Counted from the first letter of the stretch, positions 1 to 14,888 are shown. The stretch: 64,000 nt of DNA from Alphaproteobacteria bacterium (GCA_021774615.1 JAJFIW010000036.1:37318-101317), one strand, 5' to 3'. Notes: a model not told the origin generated them from the sequence alone. Made by a program: numbers and translations.

Positions 1-1
1 T

Positions 2-265
2 CATCGTGGTAAAGGCTGGGAAGAGTTTACCGATAAAGCGATCCAAACTATTAGCCAAGACCAAGAGCACGTAGTTTTTATGTTGTGGGGGATGCCCGCA
101 CGAAACAAGAAAAACTTAATTGATAGTAATAAGCATTTAATACTAGAAGCTCCACACCCGTCGCCACTTTCTGCATATCGAGGTTTTATTGGCTGTGGGC
201 ATTTTTCTAAAGCTAACCAATATTTGCTTAATGCGGGTAAAACTCCAATACAGTGGTTTGGCTAG
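2..265 (+). CDS. ung: uracil-DNA glycosylase, 3' part (truncated by window start)
   Basis: Frame 2 reads [11 protein letters not shown]...VFMLWG...[13 protein letters not shown]; GWE.FTD, VFMLWG and HPSPLS are family-1 UNG motifs. Confidence 0.95.
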   Translation, partial: HRGKGWEEFTDKAIQTISQDQEHVVFMLWGMPARNKKNLIDSNKHLILEAPHPSPLSAYRGFIGCGHFSKANQYLLNAGKTPIQWFG

Positions 266-343
266 AGCTTCTATTATCGTTGTTGCAATTACTAGGTAGT
301 GGTATTATTCATCCCACCAAAAATAATAATAAGGAATTGTTAG

Positions 344-922
344 TTGTTACAAAATGACTTTAACATAATTGAAGAATTTATAAGTAGTCTTGACTTTAAA
401 GGGAATGAGACTCTTGACGAGATGTTAGGCTATGTTCTTGCAAAAACCCGACGCATTGTAGGAGCTGAGGCAGGTACAATCTTTATCGCAGAGCCATTGC
501 TTGGTGAAAGTAAGAGCTTACGTTGTGTTGCCTTACAAAATGATACTGTAGAAATTAGTACCGAGTCGTTTACAGTTCCTATCGATCCATCTTCTATTGC
601 AGGATACGCTGCAACTACAGGTGAGCTAGTACGTATTGATGATTTATATAACATTAATAATAAGCCGTATAAGTTTAACCAAACTTTTGACAGGAAATAC
701 CGCTATAAGTCTGTTTCAATGTTAGCAGTGCCATTACGTAATATTCGTAACGAAGTAGTAGGGGTTATCCAGCTGCTAAACCATCTTTCTGATACTGGTG
801 TAGGCTATATACCATTCCAAACAAAAGACGTAACTAATATGAAGAGCTTATCCTTAATAATGGGTATGCTCGTAGAACATACCGCATTAATGGAAGAAAT
901 TAACCGCCTTAAGCAGCATTAA
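344..922 (+). CDS. stand-alone GAF domain protein
   Basis: AEAGTIF...SIAGYAATTGELVRIDDLY...FD...Y.S.SMLAVPL...VVGVIQLLN is a GAF signature of the PDE/HD-GYP type; TTG start after an AAGGA RBS. Confidence 0.85.
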   Translation: MLQNDFNIIEEFISSLDFKGNETLDEMLGYVLAKTRRIVGAEAGTIFIAEPLLGESKSLRCVALQNDTVEISTESFTVPIDPSSIAGYAATTGELVRIDDLYNINNKPYKFNQTFDRKYRYKSVSMLAVPLRNIRNEVVGVIQLLNHLSDTGVGYIPFQTKDVTNMKSLSLIMGMLVEHTALMEEINRLKQH

Positions 923-1913
923 TACCTTTTATAATATCATCATAACCATTTTGTAGTCGTCCACCTGTATGTTGGATTACTCGTTGTGCTAATTGATGCC
1001 CTAGGAAAATGCTGTCTGTAGGTTCAAAGTTTTTAATGTGACCATACATGAAGCCCGCGGCAAATGCATCACCTGCACCTGTTGCGTCTACTACATGGTC
1101 AACAGCCGTAGTTGGTACGTGGATATTTCCTTGTGGGGTGTGTAGAGTTGCTCCATTTTTGCCCATAGTTACTAAGTGTGGGGTTTGGCGTAGCGCAACA
1201 AGTGTTTCTTCAGCATGGATGGTGTCTTCTCCACTAAGCTCACAGCGTTTTAGGCTAATAAGCTCTTCGTCATTACAGATGTAAAGATCAATACCATCTC
1301 GGACTAGTAGCGCAATTTTACTAAAATGCTGCTCTACAAAGAATGGAGCGGCTAGAGTTAGAGCAATCTTTGTATTGTGTTTGCGTGCAAGACGGCATAC
1401 TTCAAGGATTGTATCAAACTCATTGTCAAATAGGTAACCTTCAATAAATACCCATTCGCTTTTAGAGATCATATCTTCTTTAATGTTTTCCTTGCCAATG
1501 GGAGTGCGTTGCATAGGTGTACGTTCGCCAGTAGTAATAAAGGTACGCTCGCCATCTGGAGTAATAAGAACATAAATAACAAGCGTCTTTCCACCTGCCA
1601 TAGGCTCTGGCATTACAATACCAGCACCTGTCATGCTTTCATGGTATGCTTTACCAGGGGTGTCATCACCAACATAGCCACAAAAAGCAACTTTTGCGCC
1701 TAAATTTGCTAATGCAAATGCACTATTACCTGCCGAGCCACCTGCCATTGGGGTTTTGTCTTCATCAGCAATTTGGGTTACAATTTCAGAAATAACTTGT
1801 GGGGAAACTTGCTGCCAGTCGCCTAGTTTTAACTCGTATTTATCAAGTATGTCGTAGCTAACAGGCATTAAAATATCCATTGGTGCATTACCGACAAAAG
1901 TTACATTGTACAT
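909..1913 (-). CDS. PfkB-family carbohydrate/adenosine kinase
   Basis: GGSAGN, TPDGERT and DATGAGDAFAAGF PfkB signatures. Confidence 0.92.
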   Translation of the reverse strand: MYNVTFVGNAPMDILMPVSYDILDKYELKLGDWQQVSPQVISEIVTQIADEDKTPMAGGSAGNSAFALANLGAKVAFCGYVGDDTPGKAYHESMTGAGIVMPEPMAGGKTLVIYVLITPDGERTFITTGERTPMQRTPIGKENIKEDMISKSEWVFIEGYLFDNEFDTILEVCRLARKHNTKIALTLAAPFFVEQHFSKIALLVRDGIDLYICNDEELISLKRCELSGEDTIHAEETLVALRQTPHLVTMGKNGATLHTPQGNIHVPTTAVDHVVDATGAGDAFAAGFMYGHIKNFEPTDSIFLGHQLAQRVIQHTGGRLQNGYDDIIKGINAA

Positions 1914-2057
1914 GAGAAAGGGTTCCTATAAATATTAATTAATTTCAGGTGCATATTACTCTAATTAATCTTTATTGTAAGCTGTGTTTTGTGTTATTTT
2001 TCAAATACGCAGAAATTTCTTTAAAAGGTATTATAAATAGTGGACTCATTACTCGTT

Positions 2058-3032
2058 ATGAAAAAAGTTGGCTTCAAAAGTCAAAAGCTGCAAACACTTG
2101 CTTTGTGGTTGTTTTCTTTGATGGTTCCATTGTTAGCAATTATCCTTACCCAGCAAGGGCAGCTAGATTTTACAACCCCTCACGAGGATTTACGCTCGTA
2201 TCGACTATTGCCTACTGTAATGGCAATGTTCCTGATGGCATCGGGCAGTTATTTGTCTTGGATTTTCAGTAAGCGTGGATGGCTTTTAACAATGGGCTGG
2301 TGCTGGCTTGTAATTGCAGGTGGGGCTACTGCAGGGCTACTTATTGGCCGTGGTTGGGAAACACACCATGTCCTCGAACAAGGGCATTGGTCAATTACAA
2401 ACCTATACGAAGTAAGCTTGCTACTTTTAGTAATGGTTGCTGCAATTGCTTGTTGGCTAGACAAAAAGCGTAATAGTACTCTGGGGGTATTTTTATCTCC
2501 GCTTATTTTGGCGGGTGTCTTTTTTGTATTGTGGCTAGCTAGTATTGGTAATGCTAACCCAGAGCATCTGGTACCTTCGTTAAAAAGCTACTGGCTGCCA
2601 TACCATGTTTTAGCTAACTTTATTGGCTATGGTGCATTTACAGTGGCAGCTGCCGCAGGGTTGATGCATCTATGGCGCTGGCGACAAGATAAACTAGGGA
2701 AACCGTCGTTATTGCCAACCCAAGAAGTAAGCGAACAATTAGGCTTTAGAGCTGTTGTGGTAGGCTTTCCTATATTTACTTTAGCGGTTGTGTTGGGGTC
2801 GTTGTGGGCTTATGAGGCTTGGGGCGGTTATTGGTCGTGGGATCCTAAAGAAACATGGGCATTGATTGTATGGTTAGTGTATGCTGGGTATCTACATACT
2901 CGCATGAATCGTCGTAAACCTGATGTGGTATTGGCCATATGGCTAGTAGTTGGGTTTATAGTTACCATGTTTTGCTATTTAGGGGTAAACATGTTTCTAA
3001 GTGGTTTGCATAGTTATGGTAGTTTGAATTAA
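2058..3032 (+). CDS. ccsA: system II cytochrome c synthase CcsA/ResC
   Basis: WWD domain WAYEAWGGYWSWDPKETW, PSLKSYWL..HV, YLH and C-terminal GLHSY; multi-TM; ATG at 2058 chosen over GTG at 2040. Confidence 0.92.
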   Translation: MKKVGFKSQKLQTLALWLFSLMVPLLAIILTQQGQLDFTTPHEDLRSYRLLPTVMAMFLMASGSYLSWIFSKRGWLLTMGWCWLVIAGGATAGLLIGRGWETHHVLEQGHWSITNLYEVSLLLLVMVAAIACWLDKKRNSTLGVFLSPLILAGVFFVLWLASIGNANPEHLVPSLKSYWLPYHVLANFIGYGAFTVAAAAGLMHLWRWRQDKLGKPSLLPTQEVSEQLGFRAVVVGFPIFTLAVVLGSLWAYEAWGGYWSWDPKETWALIVWLVYAGYLHTRMNRRKPDVVLAIWLVVGFIVTMFCYLGVNMFLSGLHSYGSLN

Positions 3033-3051
3033 GAGCAGATAAGGGATAAAT

Positions 3052-3864
3052 ATGCTTAAGCAATTATTTGTAATGGTAGGTTTGGTAGCTGTGCTTGCAG
3101 TTACTGGGTGTTCATCTTCAAAGAAGGAGCCTCTAATTGGTGAGGTGGATAACTTATATAATAAAGGTATGTCTTTATTAGAAGATAAAAAATTTACCGA
3201 CTCTATCCACGCTTTTGAAGAGCTAGAACGCCAACACCCTTATTCTGGCTGGTCTACTAGGGCACAAATTATGGTAGCTTTTGCGCAGTATAGGCTCGAG
3301 CAATACGACGAATCATTATTTACTATCGAACGCTTTATTCGCCTCCACCCTGGGCATGAAGACCTAGACTACATGTATTATATGCGTGGCATGAACCACT
3401 ATGTGCGTATCTCCGACATTAACCGTGACCAAGGCTTCACAGAAGAAGCAAGTAAAGCATTCCAAGAGGTTATAGACCGTTTTCCAAACAGCCGCTATTC
3501 TCGTGATGCAGGCTTAAAGCTTACTCTTACCATAGACCATATCGCTGGTAAGGAAATGGAAGTAGGGCGTTACTACCAAAAACAAAAACAATATTTGGCT
3601 GCAATTAATAGGTTTAAACGTGTAGTAGATGACTACCAGAAAACACTGCAAATCCCAGAGGCACTTTACCGCTTAACCGAAAGCTACTTCTCCCTAGGGC
3701 TAGATGACCAAGCAAGAAGAAGCGCAGCTGTACTAGGGCATAACTACCCAGACTCTGATTGGTACAAGCATGCCTATAAACTACTAACTGAAAATGGATA
3801 CCTTGAAGAGTCTGACCTAGGGTTAGGTGGGAAAGTATCTAAAGGTTTTAAAGAACTGTTTTAA
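3052..3864 (+). CDS. bamD: outer membrane protein assembly lipoprotein BamD
   Basis: Lipobox VTGC, TPR-like repeats, RDQ motif, E..VGRYY...AAINRF; upstream of recN. Confidence 0.93.
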   Translation: MLKQLFVMVGLVAVLAVTGCSSSKKEPLIGEVDNLYNKGMSLLEDKKFTDSIHAFEELERQHPYSGWSTRAQIMVAFAQYRLEQYDESLFTIERFIRLHPGHEDLDYMYYMRGMNHYVRISDINRDQGFTEEASKAFQEVIDRFPNSRYSRDAGLKLTLTIDHIAGKEMEVGRYYQKQKQYLAAINRFKRVVDDYQKTLQIPEALYRLTESYFSLGLDDQARRSAAVLGHNYPDSDWYKHAYKLLTENGYLEESDLGLGGKVSKGFKELF

Positions 3865-3865
3865 A

Positions 3866-8571
<4,706 letters not shown>

Positions 8572-8579
8572 TTTTTATA

Positions 8580-9518
8580 TTATTCTTCCGCAATTCTTGT
8601 TCTGTTTGAAGTAGCTTTTTTTTCAATAAAATCAATAATAGCACTAGCAACGTCTTTATTGGTACAATTTTCTATACCTTTTAAGCCAGGAGACGAATTT
8701 ACTTCTAACACTACAGGCCCCGAAGCTGAACGAAGAATGTCTATACCTGCAACATTTAGCCCCATAATCCGTACTGCACGAATAGCTGTGCTGCGCTCTT
8801 CAGGTGTTAGGTTAACCGTATGAGCTGTTCCACCACGGTGCAAGTTAGAGCGGAAATCACCTTCAGGAGCTTGGCGGCGCATGGCAGCAATAACCTCGCC
8901 ATCGATAACAAAACAGCGGATATCTGCGCCATCTGCTTCCTTTACAAACTCTTGCACCATAATATTGGCCTTAATACTAATGAATGCTTCGATGATGGAT
9001 TCAGCAGCTTTACGGGTTTCAGCAAGTACAACACCAAGCCCTTGGGTACCTTCTAGTAGCTTAATAACCAGTGGTGCGCCGCCAACCATTTTTAATAAGT
9101 CTGGGATATCATCAGGAGAGTGGGCAAAACCTGTAACAGGTAAACCAATCCCACGGCGAGATAAAAGCTGTAAAGAACGGAGCTTATCTCGAGAACGGTT
9201 AATTGCCATAGACTCGTTAACAGCAAGAACGCCCATCATCTCAAACTGACGAAGCACAGCAAGGCCATAATGGGTTATAGATGCACCAATTCGAGGGACT
9301 ACGGCGTCAAAATCATCAAGGTTTTTACCTTTGTAGTGAATGGTTGGCTTGTCTGTAGCAATATTCATGTAGCAACGTAGTGTATCAATAACGTGTACTT
9401 CATGGCCACGGGCTTTACCTGCTTCTACTAACCTTTGGGTAGAGTATAGCTTTTGGTTGCGCGATAAAACAGCTATTTTAAGCGGGCGTTTTGCTAAATT
9501 ATTATTGTTATCGTCCAT
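8580..9518 (-). CDS. rimK: RimK alpha-L-glutamate ligase (ATP-grasp)
   Basis: [39 protein letters not shown]. Confidence 0.96.
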   Translation of the reverse strand: MDDNNNNLAKRPLKIAVLSRNQKLYSTQRLVEAGKARGHEVHVIDTLRCYMNIATDKPTIHYKGKNLDDFDAVVPRIGASITHYGLAVLRQFEMMGVLAVNESMAINRSRDKLRSLQLLSRRGIGLPVTGFAHSPDDIPDLLKMVGGAPLVIKLLEGTQGLGVVLAETRKAAESIIEAFISIKANIMVQEFVKEADGADIRCFVIDGEVIAAMRRQAPEGDFRSNLHRGGTAHTVNLTPEERSTAIRAVRIMGLNVAGIDILRSASGPVVLEVNSSPGLKGIENCTNKDVASAIIDFIEKKATSNRTRIAEE

Positions 9519-9535
9519 TATTAAATAACTCCTTG

Positions 9536-10057
9536 TTATTTTCCTATGTAAACAGGTTCAGCAGGCTCAATATTTAAGGCTTTTTCAAGGTTTGGTCTTC
9601 CTTGCAGGAATGACCCTGCACTATCTACTAGAAAACGCCCAGCTAAAGCTTCACGGCCAATAAGCATCATAAAATTCATAGTGTCTCTGTCGGTTAGGGT
9701 CATTTCAATGTCCCATTGCCATTCCCCTAGGCAAACAGGACTCTTTATAACATACCTACATTCTTTATGGCCACCAGAGTCTTTAACATTTCTGGTATCA
9801 ATAACCTTTGCTTCGCAAGTATGCACAAGCTCGGGCATACTTTTACGAGGGTGGATTAGGAAACGAACCCATTCCTCGCCATTTTTTTCGAAAGTGGTTA
9901 CTTCAAAAGCATGTAAAGCAGATGTTTTTGCACCTGTATCAATTTTTGCGCGTATATCTGGCAGGCCTAGTTCTTCTAGGCGCACCCATTCTCTCCAGCC
10001 AAGGGCTGTTTGGGTAGATGGCTCAGATACTGTAGGCACTACTGGTAAGTCAGTCAT
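9536..10057 (-). CDS. RimK-associated retropepsin-like protease (RimB / 'ATP-dependent zinc protease' family)
   Basis: [31 protein letters not shown]; directly upstream of rimK; ATG 10057 preferred. Confidence 0.9.
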   Translation of the reverse strand: MTDLPVVPTVSEPSTQTALGWREWVRLEELGLPDIRAKIDTGAKTSALHAFEVTTFEKNGEEWVRFLIHPRKSMPELVHTCEAKVIDTRNVKDSGGHKECRYVIKSPVCLGEWQWDIEMTLTDRDTMNFMMLIGREALAGRFLVDSAGSFLQGRPNLEKALNIEPAEPVYIGK

Positions 10058-10109
10058 CAACAAGAAACTCCCTGAGTCAGGTTATTGTTATTTTTTTATG
10101 AATTTATTA

Positions 10110-11048
10110 TTACAAGCGTTTACCTTGCAAAGGGTAGCCTTCTGCTAAAAGCTTTTGCCGTAGCTCTTCGGGGCCATTTTCTTCGAAGCAATGAGGGCAA
10201 AAACTACCTTTAAGGTAGGTAGGGCGTTTTAAGTCTGCTGCGATTAGGCTATGCCCGCAAGGCTGGCAGCGGCTGTTTTCTTGTGAGGGCTCTAGACCAT
10301 GGCCAACCGCAACACGGTCGTCGAAAACATAGCATTCACCATCCCACATGCTTTGTTCTTGGTCTATTTCTTCTAGGTATTTTAAAATGCCGCCTTTTAG
10401 GTGGCAAACATCTTCAAAGCCAAGTTCCTTTAGGTACGAGGTTGATTTCTCGCAGCGGATACCGCCAGTACAGAACATTGCAACTTTTTTGTGTTTTTTA
10501 GGGTCTAGGTTTTGTGCAACCCACTCTGGGAATTCTTTAAAGGTTGCAGTTTTTGGGTTAACTGCATTTTTGAATGTACCTATATATATTTCGTAGTCAT
10601 TACGAGTATCAACCACAATTGTGTCGGGGTCTGAAATTACGTCATTCCAGTCTTGAGGAGAAACATAAGAGCCAACAATCTTGTTAGGGTCAACCTTTGC
10701 GCCCATTGGGATTGTTTCGGGCTTTAATTTTACTTTAGTACGCAAGAAAGGTTTTTCCTCGCAGAAACTTTCTTTGTGCTCTAGGTCTGTAAAGCGTTCG
10801 TCGCTTTTAATATGGTTAAGAACAGCGTCAATACCCCAACGGCTACCAGAAATCGTGCCATTGATACCTTCGTCAGTAACTAGGATAGTTCCAGTTACAT
10901 CGTTATCGAGCATTTTTTGCTTCCAGTCAGCTTGGAGAACTTTGGGATTATCAATAATAACGAACTTATACAATGCTGCAACAACGTACATATTGGTTGG
11001 TTTTTGCATAGTTGGTTGTTCTGCTACGTTCATAAAATTATATTCCAT
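10110..11048 (-). CDS. trhO: rhodanese-domain tRNA U34 hydroxylase TrhO
   Basis: [44 protein letters not shown]. Confidence 0.92.
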   Translation of the reverse strand: MEYNFMNVAEQPTMQKPTNMYVVAALYKFVIIDNPKVLQADWKQKMLDNDVTGTILVTDEGINGTISGSRWGIDAVLNHIKSDERFTDLEHKESFCEEKPFLRTKVKLKPETIPMGAKVDPNKIVGSYVSPQDWNDVISDPDTIVVDTRNDYEIYIGTFKNAVNPKTATFKEFPEWVAQNLDPKKHKKVAMFCTGGIRCEKSTSYLKELGFEDVCHLKGGILKYLEEIDQEQSMWDGECYVFDDRVAVGHGLEPSQENSRCQPCGHSLIAADLKRPTYLKGSFCPHCFEENGPEELRQKLLAEGYPLQGKRL

Positions 11049-11081
11049 TACTGTTTATAATTTTATATTTATAGTAACTTT

Positions 11082-11729
11082 CTAGCTGTTCTGCAACAAA
11101 TAAACTGTATCTACCCCAACAGTGTAGGGTGGGTATTTGTCCATAACTCCTGTAAACTCGGGGCTTTTTACCAATATTGCTAGCCAGTTACGCACATGTG
11201 GGTAGGGGGCTATATTGTCAAACCAGTCGGAATTGGGCATTCTAAATTGGCGAATGAACGGAAAAATAGCATAATCGGCCAAGGTTGGTTTGTCAGACAG
11301 TAAAAAGTTGTTCTTTTGCAGGTTGTTTTCAAGCTTAGCAATAAACTTCTCGGCTTCAGCGCGCCAGTCCATTTGTGGTTCATCTTGGTAGCGGTGTGGG
11401 TATTTATAGCGGTCTAGCGCTTTTTTAAAGGAAGTGTCGTTCTCTGCAATAAGTATAAGGGCTTGCTCTTTATTTTTTAACCACCCTTTGGTATCATTTT
11501 GTTTTAGCGCCCAAAGCATTATGTCGAGGCTTTCGTCAATAACTGTGCCATCAGCTAATTGCAGAACTGGTACAGTGCCTTTTGGCGATAGCTCTAGCAT
11601 GCTGGCGGGCTTATCGCGCAGCAATACCTCACGCACCTCCACCTGCACCCCACAAACAAACAAAGCCATCCTTGCCCTTATTGCGAACGGGCAACGGCGG
11701 AATGTGTAGAGGGTAGGGTGTGGTAACAA
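11082..11729 (-). CDS. glutathione S-transferase
   Basis: LYTFRRCPFAIRAR, SPKGTVPVL, DESLDI, LAD.AIFPF.RQF; TTG start. Confidence 0.92.
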   Translation of the reverse strand: MLPHPTLYTFRRCPFAIRARMALFVCGVQVEVREVLLRDKPASMLELSPKGTVPVLQLADGTVIDESLDIMLWALKQNDTKGWLKNKEQALILIAENDTSFKKALDRYKYPHRYQDEPQMDWRAEAEKFIAKLENNLQKNNFLLSDKPTLADYAIFPFIRQFRMPNSDWFDNIAPYPHVRNWLAILVKSPEFTGVMDKYPPYTVGVDTVYLLQNS

Positions 11730-11750
11730 GTTAAATATCCTTTTAAAACT

Positions 11751-11779
11751 ATAATGTGCTTATGATAATAGCACATTGT
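11751..11779. promoter_or_regulatory. palindromic operator-like site upstream of the GST gene
   Basis: ATAATGTGCT-N9-AGCACATTGT inverted repeat 22-50 bp upstream of the GST start. Confidence 0.4.
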
Positions 11780-11829
11780 AATACAAGAAAAGCCCCTAAT
11801 CCGTGAGGATAGGGGCTTTCTTGTGTTAC
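11778..11829 (-). terminator. intrinsic terminator (long hairpin) after the 11856-13133 gene pair
   Basis: gtaatacaagaaaagcccctaatcc-gtga-ggataggggctttcttgtgttac. Confidence 0.75.
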
Positions 11830-11855
11830 TGTATCGTTAAATGCTCGAGATGTTT

Positions 11856-12230
11856 TTAGTCACCTTCGAACTCTTTTAGGTACTTTCTTGCTTCTGCCTT
11901 CTCGTCCTTTAACCTTTGCTCTGCTAGGTTAGGGGCTTCTTCCAACACCAATGGATCAGGTGTTGGCTCTGGCATCGAGTAACTTGGTATGTTTGCTGAT
12001 TGCCCCATGGGGTTTGGTAAGTAAGAACCACCAAATAGCGATAATATCGCCATAACAACCAGAAACAACACAAGAATGCCTGCTCGTTTAATCCAATTGC
12101 CTTCTGTTTCAGCAGTATTGGACTCATCAGCCGTTTTCTTGTGTTTTATACCGTGCCTAATAAGCCAGATACCAAACCACGTAGCTAGAAGTAAGGCGAT
12201 AACTGTAATATAAAAGCTTGTTGGGCTCAT
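11856..12230 (-). CDS. small 2-TM hypothetical membrane protein
   Basis: Two hydrophobic segments, GGAG RBS, 12 bp downstream of the 12243-13133 gene. Confidence 0.75.
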   Translation of the reverse strand: MSPTSFYITVIALLLATWFGIWLIRHGIKHKKTADESNTAETEGNWIKRAGILVLFLVVMAILSLFGGSYLPNPMGQSANIPSYSMPEPTPDPLVLEEAPNLAEQRLKDEKAEARKYLKEFEGD

Positions 12231-12242
12231 ATGGTATCTCCT

Positions 12243-13133
12243 TTATTTGCTAGGTAATAATGGAATGCCTAGTGCAAACGGCACGCCGTTATCAGCAAAC
12301 ATTGCAGCTGTTTGTTGCCAGTTGTACATTTCAGTCGTGACTCCAGTCTTACTCTCGATAACTTTTTTCCAAATCTCGATGTTGTTATCGGCTCGAGTAC
12401 GCTCAAATGTTTGTCTTTTTGCTTCAATTTCTATTTGAGCTTCAATTTCAGCTAGTTCACGAGCCTTGTCAGCTTTAACAGCATATAACCTTTCTTTTGC
12501 CAACAAAACGGTCTCTGGCGGGTTACCAAGACCATTAGGGAAGTCAACCCGAGTAACAGCCACTCCAACTTCTCTTAAGGACTTATTGATCCTAGCCCTT
12601 GCAGCTTCTGATATTTCCACGACACTGCCCAAAACTTGGTCGATATCGTAGTCCTTCAGAAGATCAATAGTTAATGATGCAGCAGGCCCTTTTATTAAAG
12701 AGTCGAATATTGCATCAGACGATATTGATATAATGCGGCTGTTCATTTCGTGCTGTTTAGCTCGAACATTGTTCCAGACATAGTTCATGGATGACGTATC
12801 ATTTAATACCATAAATTGGATATCCATTTGGATATCATCCAAGGGAATATCGCTTTTTGGTAGAAATGCTCTACTGATATTTAGAGAACGGGTTGCTTTA
12901 GCTGCCGATAGTACCGACATTTTTTCGCAAACCTCTCCCCAACTTTCCCAACAGTTTTCTAAACGACCTTGTTTGGCAGTGAGTATTTCATCACTAAGGC
13001 CATTACTATCCATAATACGGCCTACCTCACCAGTGTTAATGGTATAGGAGTCACCTGCACAGCCTGCAAGAATGGCAAGAATGGTAACAACGAATCCTGC
13101 TTTTAACAGTTTTAACAAATTTTTGAATTTCAT
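12243..13133 (-). CDS. lipoprotein with a divergent SPFH/Band-7-like domain
   Basis: Lipobox LAGC; YTINTGEVGRI start, V.VTRVDF strand and an Ala/Glu/Lys-rich coiled-coil tail as in SPFH proteins. Confidence 0.6.
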   Translation of the reverse strand: MKFKNLLKLLKAGFVVTILAILAGCAGDSYTINTGEVGRIMDSNGLSDEILTAKQGRLENCWESWGEVCEKMSVLSAAKATRSLNISRAFLPKSDIPLDDIQMDIQFMVLNDTSSMNYVWNNVRAKQHEMNSRIISISSDAIFDSLIKGPAASLTIDLLKDYDIDQVLGSVVEISEAARARINKSLREVGVAVTRVDFPNGLGNPPETVLLAKERLYAVKADKARELAEIEAQIEIEAKRQTFERTRADNNIEIWKKVIESKTGVTTEMYNWQQTAAMFADNGVPFALGIPLLPSK

Positions 13134-13310
13134 ATAGTTTCCTATAAAGAAAGGTTGAACTTCGAAAAGTAAATACTTCTTTACTTAATTATCGGCACCT
13201 TTCTAGGAAAGACTAAGATAATTTTAGAAAAGTTAAGAAGATATTTAGGTACTACAAGTGTCCATATATGATGAATGAATATAAATTTCAAGTGTATTGT
13301 GAAGTTTAAT

Positions 13311-14888
13311 TTAAATACTTTGTAACGTTTCTTCTTCCCCTGGTGCATCTGCATCGGGGGCTTTTTCTTGTGGTTCTTCTGGTTTCTCTTGTTGCCAGTC
13401 TAGGAAATAGATGGTTTGGGGCTCGTCGAAGCCTTTTAGTTCGCAGTTTTCTTTAGGGATAAATGTATATGAAAGGTGTTGGCTTAAATTATATAATGGT
13501 TCTGCCACAGCAATTTCATGACCATTTGCAAATGGCATAACACGTGCGGCTAGGTTTACTGGTAGGCCAAATAAGTCGCCATCTATGTGTAGTGGTTCGC
13601 CTGCGCTAATGCCAATCCTTGCGTCAAAGGTATGGTCGGGCATTTTCTCGTTGAATAGATTAATTCCTTTTTGGATTGCAACACAAGCCTTTAAACCATT
13701 TTCAACCGAAGGGAATGACATCATGATACCGTCACCAGTATGCTTTACTTCGTAGCCACCAAAAACTATAAGCGCTTCCCTTACAATGTTATTATGAGCA
13801 TGGAGGATATCAATCATCCATTCGTCACCCATAGTGCGGATATTTTCGGTAAAATCTACAATGTCGGTAAAGCCAACAACAGCAAAGTTCGTAGGTGTTT
13901 CTTCCGAAGCTATTTCTGTTGATTCCTTTTGTGGGTTGCCTTTTCCTATGTTGTACCAAGCTTGTATAGATTCCTGTATAGATATAGGTGCTGACTCGTC
14001 TTTGTTTATAGCTAATATGTTTTCTTTGCCTTGGGTATAAATATTAAAATACTTAGGGTAAACAAGGTACTCGTGCAGGTTTAATGCTGTGTTAAGGACA
14101 CTTTCTGGTGTTATTCCTAAATCATTAAGTAATATAGTGACTTGCTGATTAGTAGTGCGTTGGTCTGTGCCAAGGGTTTTTGTGAAGCCTTGGCTCATAC
14201 CAAGAAGATACAAAATAAGGGCGAAGTGGCCGTCTTCTTTAAACTTTTTCTGTTCGTCATCCCATACTAGTGGTTTAGCTAGCGATGTAGCCTCAGACAA
14301 AATTGCTTCTGTCTTTTGCAATTTTTTCTGCATAAGAAGCTTTCTTTTTTCTTCCTGTTTTATGGGGGACGCTTCGTCAATAGTAGAGTGTATCCACACT
14401 GCTAGCGATATTGTTATACTTCCCATCATAAGTAGTACCATCATTATAGATGGTATAGAGGCACCATTTATAATCATCATTATAATAATAATGATGGATA
14501 CCCCAAAGCCACCCATACCAACTGTTAACGCATTCCCAAAAGCTGAAGGAGTAGGGGGTTTTGTAGGCTCTGGCTCTTTATTTTTTTTACGGTTGTTATA
14601 GAGATTGTTTAATGCAGACGATGAAATTTTTTGTGTGGAAATATTTTTTTGCCCTGCTTCTTTTAAACCTCTTGCGATTATAGAGTAGGTTGGCGCAGGG
14701 CCTTTTGCAGCATAGGAGAAAATGATCTCTCTAGTGTCGTCAATAATTAGTGCTACAGCTTCGTAAAGGTAGTCTTCCTTGAGCTTGCCCGCTTCTTTTA
14801 GGGCTGCGGCTCTTTTGTCTTTAGGGTAGATTGCACGAAAAGACCATACACCTTTTTGTTTAACGCATAGGTCGATGTCACCCTTCAT
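13311..14888 (-). CDS. membrane-anchored class III adenylate/guanylate cyclase
   Basis: FTDIVDFT, EVKHTGDG, RIGI.AGE, DLFG.PVNLAARV, LKGF; two TM helices; Lys/Asp pair suggests ATP specificity. Confidence 0.9.
   Translation of the reverse strand: MKGDIDLCVKQKGVWSFRAIYPKDKRAAALKEAGKLKEDYLYEAVALIIDDTREIIFSYAAKGPAPTYSIIARGLKEAGQKNISTQKISSSALNNLYNNRKKNKEPEPTKPPTPSAFGNALTVGMGGFGVSIIIIIMMIINGASIPSIMMVLLMMGSITISLAVWIHSTIDEASPIKQEEKRKLLMQKKLQKTEAILSEATSLAKPLVWDDEQKKFKEDGHFALILYLLGMSQGFTKTLGTDQRTTNQQVTILLNDLGITPESVLNTALNLHEYLVYPKYFNIYTQGKENILAINKDESAPISIQESIQAWYNIGKGNPQKESTEIASEETPTNFAVVGFTDIVDFTENIRTMGDEWMIDILHAHNNIVREALIVFGGYEVKHTGDGIMMSFPSVENGLKACVAIQKGINLFNEKMPDHTFDARIGISAGEPLHIDGDLFGLPVNLAARVMPFANGHEIAVAEPLYNLSQHLSYTFIPKENCELKGFDEPQTIYFLDWQQEKPEEPQEKAPDADAPGEEETLQSI

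Noticed and set aside
909-922. Short convergent 3' overlaps (909-922, 7561-7574, 27075-27078)
   Set aside because: Ordinary in compact genomes; no further signal
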